Positions 11,304 through 17,225 of a DNA stretch of 64,000 nucleotides are shown here, piece after piece. The notes beneath the pieces were generated by a model. That model searched no databases and had not been told where the DNA came from. It worked only from the letters and a program-made list of their open reading frames with translations. The DNA comes from an uncultured Chloroflexia bacterium (lineage in GTDB: Bacteria > Chloroflexota > Limnocylindria > Limnocylindrales > CSP1-4): contig CAWHIA010000006.1 of the NCBI GenBank assembly GCA_963829155.1, positions 179,161-243,160 on the forward strand, in the 5' to 3' direction. Positions within the stretch are counted from its first letter, which is position 1; every line of letters begins with the position of its first letter. The translations under genes and the position numbers were made by a program.

Positions 11304-11386
11304 GCCCGAAGGAACCGTCGATCACTAGCTGTTCCGATCACTGCAAGCAACAACCGGATCACTAGATGTTCGAGGCCCCTTCGGGC
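11304..11386 (-). ncRNA. Candidate small RNA (element A) with 3x AGUGAUC loop motif
   Basis: 5' GCCCGAAGGGGCC pairs with 3' GGTTCCTTCGGGC followed by GTTTTCGTGT. Upstream TTGCCC-17nt-TACGTT. Ends nearly identical to 14375-14554. Confidence 0.6.
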
Positions 11387-11392
11387 ACCACC

Positions 11393-11421
11393 AACGTACC
11401 CGCCCGGCGCGAGCCGGGCAA
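11393..11421 (-). promoter_or_regulatory. Sigma70-type promoter for element A
   Basis: -35 TTGCCC (11421-11416), 17-nt spacer, -10 TACGTT (11398-11393), 6 nt before the stem. Confidence 0.55.
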
Positions 11422-11465
11422 GCCACAACTCCATATCAACCGCCATCCAACGCATTCCCTCGACA

Positions 11466-12272
11466 TCACGACGGGGCGGCCAGGTCGCGCCGCGGGAAGC
11501 GCCACAGGCCGTAGCCCACGGCGACCACGAACACCGCGAGCAGCACCAGCAGGTCCGTCGGGTCGCCCTGCCCGCCGAGGATCGCGAACGGACGCAGGTA
11601 GTGGAACGGCGAGTACGGCTGCACCACCTGGGCGTCCGGCCACAGCTGGCCGAGGATCTCGAGCACGTACCCGAGCAGCACGACCGCGAGGCCGATGGCG
11701 ATCGCGGGACCGAGGCGGTCGAACGACGCCGAGGCGGCCAGCGAGATGGCGGCGAGCGCCGCGAGGAGCAGCACGGTGTTGAGGAACAGCAGGCCCTCGT
11801 GGCCGGCATCGAGCTGGCCGACCAGGCCGTATGCCGCGGACCCGACGACGGTGCCCAGCACGGCCGCGGCCGACGTGACGACCGCGACGCCCAGGATCGC
11901 CACCAGCAGCGTGACGAACACCGACCGCCTCGAGAGCGGGCGGGCCAGCAGGACCTCGAGCGTGCCGCTCTGCCGTTCGCCCGCGATCGCGGCCGCCGCG
12001 AACCCGACCGGGTAGACCACCTGGAGCGCGATGGCGATCGGGTGCCCGACGCCGAGCGCGATCGCGGCGTCGAGGCCGAAGACGCTCGAGCCGAGCAGCC
12101 GCAGGAAGGCCTGCGGGATGATGCCCGACTGGATCAGCGACTCCATCTGCCGGCCGAAGGTCGCGTAGATGACCGGCATCAGCGACGACCAGATCCCGAG
12201 GGCGACGGCGATCACGGCGACTCGCGTGCGCTGCGCGCGCCAGGTCTGGCGGAGGAGCGGGCCGCTGATCAC
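11466..12272 (-). CDS. ABC-2 type transporter permease
   Basis: Multiple TM segments; AIAGERQSGTLEVLLARPLSR; SPFHY; FPRRDL C-terminus. Confidence 0.9.
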   Translation of the reverse strand: MISGPLLRQTWRAQRTRVAVIAVALGIWSSLMPVIYATFGRQMESLIQSGIIPQAFLRLLGSSVFGLDAAIALGVGHPIAIALQVVYPVGFAAAAIAGERQSGTLEVLLARPLSRRSVFVTLLVAILGVAVVTSAAAVLGTVVGSAAYGLVGQLDAGHEGLLFLNTVLLLAALAAISLAASASFDRLGPAIAIGLAVVLLGYVLEILGQLWPDAQVVQPYSPFHYLRPFAILGGQGDPTDLLVLLAVFVVAVGYGLWRFPRRDLAAPS

Positions 12273-13243
12273 GCGTTCGCCCCGTGGTCCGCGCCCGTCG
12301 CACCGCCCTCGTCGTCGTGGACCGCGTACAGCTCGAGGAACGCGTCCTCGAGGCGGGCCGGCTCGATCAGCAGGTCGGTCACAGCCCGCGTGGCGATCGC
12401 CGCGAGCAGGGGCTTCGGGTCACCCTCCAGGTCGCAGGTCAGTCGCGTGCCGTCGACCGCGATCGCCGAGATGCCGCGGACCGAGGACAGGTCCGGCGGG
12501 TCGCCCGCGAACTGCAGCTCGACGCGGCGCTTGCGCCGGGCGAGGAGCGTCGCGACGTCCTCGTTCGCGACCAGGCGGCCCGCGCGCACGACGGCGACCC
12601 GGTCGCAGACGCGCTCGACCTCGGACAGCACGTGCGACGAGAACAGCACCGTCCGCCCCGCCCGACGAACGTCCTCGAGGATGCCGTAGAAGGCGCGCTG
12701 CATCAGCGGGTCGAGGCCCTCGGACGGCTCGTCGAGGATCGCGAGCTCGGGGTCGTGCTGCAGCGCCTGGACGATCCCGAGCTTCTGGCGCATGCCGCGG
12801 GAGTAGTCGCGGATCGGTCGGCGCAGGGTCCGGGCGTCGAGCTCCAGGCGGTCGCACAGGGCCGCGCGCCGGACGGACGGCCGGCCGGCGAGATCGGCGA
12901 GGTCGTCGAGGTGGCGCTCGCCGGTGAGCCCGTCGTGGAACGCGATCCCGCCCGGCAGGTACCCCGTCCGGGCGCGTATGGCCACGGACTCAGTGACGAT
13001 GTCCCGACCGAGCACGCGCGCCGTCCCGCTGGTCGGGTGCAGGAACCCCAGCAGCAGCCGGATGAACGTGCTCTTGCCCGCGCCGTTCGGCCCGAGGAAC
13101 CCGAACACCTCGCCGGCGCGGACGTCGAGCGTGACGTCGTTGAGCGCCGGGATCACCGCGCCGCGGCGCCCCAGTCCCCCGCCGCCGTAGTGCTTCGTCA
13201 GCGCGGCGGTCGAGATCGCGGGCTCGGTCGTTGGGGTCGTCAT
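12269..13243 (-). CDS. ABC transporter ATP-binding protein
   Basis: GPNGAGKST, YSRGMRQK, ILDEPSEGLDP, SSHVLSEVE; start MTTPTTEP after a TAGCCT -10. Confidence 0.92.
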   Translation of the reverse strand: MTTPTTEPAISTAALTKHYGGGGLGRRGAVIPALNDVTLDVRAGEVFGFLGPNGAGKSTFIRLLLGFLHPTSGTARVLGRDIVTESVAIRARTGYLPGGIAFHDGLTGERHLDDLADLAGRPSVRRAALCDRLELDARTLRRPIRDYSRGMRQKLGIVQALQHDPELAILDEPSEGLDPLMQRAFYGILEDVRRAGRTVLFSSHVLSEVERVCDRVAVVRAGRLVANEDVATLLARRKRRVELQFAGDPPDLSSVRGISAIAVDGTRLTCDLEGDPKPLLAAIATRAVTDLLIEPARLEDAFLELYAVHDDEGGATGADHGANA

Positions 13244-13330
13244 CGCCGCAAGGCTACGTCCCGGGCGGCCACCGCCGCGCGACGCGGCCGGCCGATCAAC
13301 GAGGTGGCGCGAGCCGGTACGATCGACCCG

Positions 13331-13996
13331 ATGCTCTACCGCGCGGACCCCTGGCTCCACGTCATCGCCGGCTGCATGTCGTCGGGCAAGACCGACGAGC
13401 TGCTGCGCCTCCTCCGCCGGGCCGAGATCGCCCGCCGGCGGATCCTGCTCGTCCGCCCCGACGTCGACGACCGGACGCCCGGCGAGTACGCGGAGAGCCG
13501 GAGCAAGGCGCGCTTTCCGTCGGTGCTCGTGCCGCGCAGCAAGCCGGTCGAGATCCTGTCCCTCGCGCGCGAGCGCGACGTCGATCTCGTCGGCATCGAG
13601 GAGGCGCAGTTCTTCGACCCGAGCCTGGTGCAGACGGTCGAGACGCTGCGCCAGAGCGGCCGCCACGTGATCGCCAGCGGCCTCAACACCGACTTCGCCG
13701 GCCGACCGTTCGGCCCGATGCCCGAGCTGCTCGCCCTCGCCGACGACATCACGATGCTCAGCGCGATCTGCGTGGTCTGCGGCGAGACGGCGACCCGCAC
13801 CCAGCGGCTGGTGGGCGGCCGCCCGGCGGCCGTCGACGACCCCCTGATCGTGATCGGCGGGTTCGACGGACCGGCGATCGAGACCTACGAGGCCCGGTGC
13901 CTCCGGCACCACGAGGTCGCACCGGCCGGCTCGGCCCGCGGCGTGGTCGCGGACGACGTCCCGGAGCGCATCGGTTCCACGTCCGGCGACGGGTAG
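13331..13996 (+). CDS. tdk: Thymidine kinase
   Basis: GCMSSGKTDEL, IEEAQFF, GLNTDFAGRPF, zinc ligands CVVCG and YEARCLRH. Confidence 0.93.
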   Translation: MLYRADPWLHVIAGCMSSGKTDELLRLLRRAEIARRRILLVRPDVDDRTPGEYAESRSKARFPSVLVPRSKPVEILSLARERDVDLVGIEEAQFFDPSLVQTVETLRQSGRHVIASGLNTDFAGRPFGPMPELLALADDITMLSAICVVCGETATRTQRLVGGRPAAVDDPLIVIGGFDGPAIETYEARCLRHHEVAPAGSARGVVADDVPERIGSTSGDG

Positions 13997-14258
13997 CGCG
14001 ACGGCCGACGCCGTCGCTGATCGCCGAGCGAGCGCTGTGACGCCGCTCGCCTTCCGCCGCTCGCCTTCCGCTGAACGCCGGCGGTGCCAACGGACGGCTA
14101 CCGCTCTGCCAGCCAACCGTCCGACGTCCGGCGCGGCGCATCCGCCATCGCACCGCTCGCCCGGTGAGCCGCGGGGGCCCGGCGGACGGCGGGAGGCCCG
14201 GGAGGCGAGTCGCCGCGGCTGACTGGCCGTGCTCGCGCACGGTGGATCGTGGTCCCAC

Positions 14259-14332
14259 TCGTCCACAAGTTGTCCACGATGCCGGCGTTTCGTGGACAAC
14301 TCTCCGGCCGCCGGATCGAAGTTCGTGGACAA
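14259..14332. promoter_or_regulatory. Cluster of four DnaA-box-like 9-mers
   Basis: TCGTCCACA 14259 (+), TTGTCCACG 14270 (+), CGTGGACAA 14291 and 14324 (-); each one mismatch from TTGTCCACA. Confidence 0.4.
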
Positions 14333-14374
14333 GCCGGTTGTTGCCCCCTGGGGCGCCCCGATATCGTTCGGTCT

Positions 14375-14554
14375 GCCCGAAGGGGCCGGTGGCACCGACG
14401 CCGGGCTGATGAGTGATCATTGGACCGGGTCCCCGGACCGCCGCCACGACGGCCGCAAGGCCGACGAGGTGGCTGGAGCACGGGGCCGCTATGACAAGGC
14501 CGAGCTTGCTCGGCAGTGGCGTGGGCGTGACGGTGCGGTACGGTTCCTTCGGGC
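14375..14554 (+). ncRNA. Candidate 180-nt rod-like ncRNA (element B), 6S RNA-like
   Basis: Closing stem GCCCGAAGGGGCCG/CGGTTCCTTCGGGC, then GCACCG/CGGTGC and ACGCC/GGCGT; central open region with 3'-side hairpin GCCGAG-CTTG-CTCGGC; apical CGGCC-GCAA-GGCCG; -10 TATCGT 7 nt upstream. Confidence 0.55.
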
Positions 14555-14585
14555 GCTTTCGTGTGCGCCGAACACCGGATCCGCC

Positions 14586-15056
14586 ATGCCCAAGCTGTCC
14601 GCAGGTCTCCTCCTCTACCGACGCGCCGGCGATGGCATCGAGGTGCTCGTCGCCCACCCGGGCGGACCGATCTGGTCGCGACGCGACACGGGGGCATGGT
14701 CGCTTCCCAAGGGCGCACCGATCGACGGCGAGGCGCTGCTCGATTCGGCGCGCCGCGAGTTCCGCGAGGAGACCGGCCAGGAGCCCCCGCCCGGCGACCC
14801 GATCGATCTCGGAGAGGTCCGGATGCGCTCGGGCAAGGTCGTGCATGCCTGGGCGCTCGAGGGGGACATGGATCCGACCGAGCTCGTGAGCATGGTCGCG
14901 GAGATCGAGTGGCCCCCGCGGTCCGGCCATCGCCTCGAGGTGCCCGAGATCGACCGGGTGGCCTGGGTCGGTCCCACGGAGGCGCGCCGCCGGCTCAACC
15001 CCGCGCAGGCGGGCTTCGTCGACCGGCTGCTCCAGGTGCTCGCGCGCGAGGGCTGA
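14586..15056 (+). CDS. NUDIX hydrolase
   Basis: MPKLSAGLLLYR...AHPGGP...WSLPKG...ARREFREETG (Nudix box)...EWPPRSG...PEIDR. Confidence 0.9.
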   Translation: MPKLSAGLLLYRRAGDGIEVLVAHPGGPIWSRRDTGAWSLPKGAPIDGEALLDSARREFREETGQEPPPGDPIDLGEVRMRSGKVVHAWALEGDMDPTELVSMVAEIEWPPRSGHRLEVPEIDRVAWVGPTEARRRLNPAQAGFVDRLLQVLAREG

Positions 15057-15099
15057 AATCCGGCCGGTCGCGGCGCCGGGAAAACCTCGTCACAGGTTG

Positions 15100-15136
15100 A
15101 GAGCCGCCCCGCTTGAATTCAGCGGTGCGGCTCTCG
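15100..15136. terminator. Terminator-like hairpin between convergent NUDIX and propeptide transcripts
   Basis: GAGAGCCGCCCCGCT...AGCGGTGCGGCTCTC inverted repeat. Confidence 0.5.
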
Positions 15137-15256
15137 TTCCCCCGTAGGGGCCCGCCGGTCGCCCGTCGGACCGGGGTTCCCGGTACTCCCCCCGCGGTTG
15201 TACCGGGCGTCGCGGATCATACGCGGTCATCTCGCGCTTGTCACGGGTTTATTGAC

Positions 15257-15367
15257 TCAGAGCTTCGGAAACCCGCCGCCGCCGCCGTCGGCGAAGGCGA
15301 TCGCAGCCGTCGCCAGGGTCAGCGCGCTGGCGATCGCGAAGGAAACGGCGAAGCGCAGTCGGCGCAT
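15257..15367 (-). CDS. 36-aa secreted propeptide, candidate signalling-peptide precursor (MRRLRFAVSFAIASALTLATAAIAFA|DGGGGGFPKL)
   Basis: RBS GAGGTGGGAG; basic N-region, hydrophobic H-region, A-F-A signal peptidase I site, 10-aa mature tail; divergent from HTH and HTH-TPR genes. Confidence 0.7.
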   Translation of the reverse strand: MRRLRFAVSFAIASALTLATAAIAFADGGGGGFPKL

Positions 15368-15439
15368 GGCTCCCACCTCGTGGTCCCTGCGGATCGGAGG
15401 TCCGGCCAGGTGGTCGTCCTTGCCTCCGCCGCTCCTGCA

Positions 15440-15480
15440 ATGGTAGGCTCGCCTTCGTGGTGGAGTCAATTATTAGTCAA
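15440..15480. promoter_or_regulatory. Overlapping divergent promoters and AGTCAA direct repeat
   Basis: Minus strand: TTGACT(15469-64)-18nt-TACCAT(15445-40). Plus strand: TAGGCT(15444-49) 7 nt before GTG 15457. AT-rich AGTCAATTATTAGTCAA at 15464-15480. Confidence 0.55.
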
Positions 15481-15759
15481 CACCGGCCCACCCGTCGTCA
15501 GTCGTCCGCGACCACCCCGGAATGGCGGCGGACGCTCGGCGAGGAGCTGCGCCGGCAGCGGCAAGGGCGAGGCCTGTCCCAGGCGGCATTCGGTGCCCCG
15601 TTGACACGGGCCTACGTGTCGGCCGTCGAACGCGGGCGGGCGGTTCCCTCGATCGCCGCGCTCGAGCTCATGCTCAACCGGGCGGGAATCCCCTTGTCGA
15701 CGTTTTTCGCCAGGATCGAGGCGCGAGATGGTCGACCAGGAGTTGACCGGGTCGTATGA
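15457..15759 (+). CDS. Stand-alone XRE-family HTH protein
   Basis: LGEELRRQRQGRGLSQAAFGAPLTRAYVSAVERGRAVPSIAALE; closely resembles the N-terminus of the next gene. Confidence 0.75.
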   Translation: MVESIISQHRPTRRQSSATTPEWRRTLGEELRRQRQGRGLSQAAFGAPLTRAYVSAVERGRAVPSIAALELMLNRAGIPLSTFFARIEARDGRPGVDRVV

Positions 15760-17060
15760 TCCGCGCCATGGACGTCATCGAGACCAGGAAGCGCCGTCGC
15801 GTCGTCGTCGATCATCGTGAGCTCGCCCGCGCGATCGGCGGACGAATCCGCGCGGCCCGCGTCGCCGCGGGGCTGACCCAGCAGGAGCTCGCGGGCGACC
15901 GCTACACGAAGGCGTACGTGAGCGCGCTCGAGCTCGGGCACGCGAAGCCGTCGATGGCCGCGCTCGACTATCTCGCGCCGCGCCTGGGCACGACGTCCGA
16001 CCGCCTGATCGCCGACCACGCCAGTCGGTGGAGCCGACTCGACGCCGACCTCCACCTGGCCTCCGGCCGGCTCGCCGAGGCCGCGGAGGCCTACGAGGAC
16101 CTCGCCGAGCTGGCGACGGACCGCGTCTCCCGCGGCGAGCTGCTGCTGGGCGCGGCCGAGGCCCACTGCAAGCTGCACCAGGCGCAGGCCGCCTCGCCGC
16201 TGCTGATCGAGGCCATTCGCCTGCTCGAAACCGGCGGCCGCCCCGCCGACCAGCAGCGCGCGCAGTACTGGCTCGCCTACGTCCACATGGCACTCGACGA
16301 TCCCGACGAGGCCCGGCGCCTGCTGCAGGCGATGCTCGGGACCGACCCGTCCCTGGTCGAGGACCCGGACTTCGAGGTGCGGGTGCGGATCGCCCTCGCC
16401 CAGCTCGAGACCGAGCACGGCGACCCGGCCCGCGGCGCCCTGTACCTCGAGGAGGCGCGCGATCTCACCGGCAGTCTCGACCTGCGGAAGCGCGGGATCT
16501 ACTTCGACGCCCTGTCCAAGGCCCGCTTCGAGGCCAACGACACGGAGGGCGCGATCCGGGCGGCGACCGAGGCACTCGCGCTGTTCCGCGCCTCCGAGCA
16601 GGAGGTCCAGGAGGCGCAGTTGGAGAACGCGCTCGCGATGTCGTTCGTGCGGCTGGGCAATCTGGGCCGGGCCGACGAGCTCGCGGCGCAGGCCGTCGCG
16701 ATCGCCGAACGGCTCAACCACTTCCAGACCCTCGGCCATTACCTCGACACGCAGGCGACGATCCGGCTGGCCCGCGGCGACGCCGATGGGGCGATCCGGC
16801 TGACCGATCGGGCGCTGGCCCTCGAGGCCGAGCACGGGCCCGCGAACGAGCAGGTCGGCGCCCGGATCACGCGCGCGCAGGCGCTGACGGCGGCGGGCCG
16901 GCTCGACGAGGCCGCCGTGGCGTGGGCCGATGCGGCGGCGGTCGCGCGCGACCTGTCCTCGCCGCTCCGGCGTCGCCGGATCCTGGCGGCGTGGGCCGAG
17001 TCGCTGGCCGCGCAGGGTCGCCACGCCGAGGCGTACGAGGTCATGCGCGAGGCCATCTGA
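15756..17060 (+). CDS. XRE-HTH + TPR transcriptional regulator, RRNPP (NprR/PlcR)-like; start 15756 or 15768
   Basis: IGGRIRAARVAAGLTQQELAGDRYTKAYVSALELGHAKPS, then ~340 aa of TPR-like helical repeats (AQYWLAYVHMALDDPDEA; QLENALAMSFVRLGNLGRADELAAQA). Confidence 0.85.
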   Translation: MIRAMDVIETRKRRRVVVDHRELARAIGGRIRAARVAAGLTQQELAGDRYTKAYVSALELGHAKPSMAALDYLAPRLGTTSDRLIADHASRWSRLDADLHLASGRLAEAAEAYEDLAELATDRVSRGELLLGAAEAHCKLHQAQAASPLLIEAIRLLETGGRPADQQRAQYWLAYVHMALDDPDEARRLLQAMLGTDPSLVEDPDFEVRVRIALAQLETEHGDPARGALYLEEARDLTGSLDLRKRGIYFDALSKARFEANDTEGAIRAATEALALFRASEQEVQEAQLENALAMSFVRLGNLGRADELAAQAVAIAERLNHFQTLGHYLDTQATIRLARGDADGAIRLTDRALALEAEHGPANEQVGARITRAQALTAAGRLDEAAVAWADAAAVARDLSSPLRRRRILAAWAESLAAQGRHAEAYEVMREAI

Positions 17061-17225
17061 CCGCGCCAGCGCCGTCACAGCGACCGTTCGGGAGCCCGTC
17101 CCGAAGCGCGCGCCACCCGATGCCGGAGGCTGAGCGCCGTCCGCGCTTCGAGAGCCCGATGCAATTCGCGGACTGGCCGCGTCGTCGGCGGCACGAAGTC
17201 GCCACCCAAGGCAGACTCTCCGCCG

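Noticed and set aside
14000-14340. oriC
   Set aside because: Only four imperfect boxes, no AT-rich unwinding element, no dnaA/dnaN nearby.
14406-14412. CTGATGA hammerhead ribozyme core
   Set aside because: No stem II followed by GAAA in the required position.
11294-14564. 24-bp inverted repeats as transposon ends or an invertible segment around ABC genes and tdk
   Set aside because: No transposase or recombinase, and no target duplication seen; each repeat pairs locally with its own 5' partner and follows a promoter, fitting two RNA genes better.
15257-15367. RiPP or bacteriocin precursor reading of the Gly-rich peptide
   Set aside because: The leader is Sec-type with an AxA site, and no modification enzyme or peptidase-containing exporter is adjacent.
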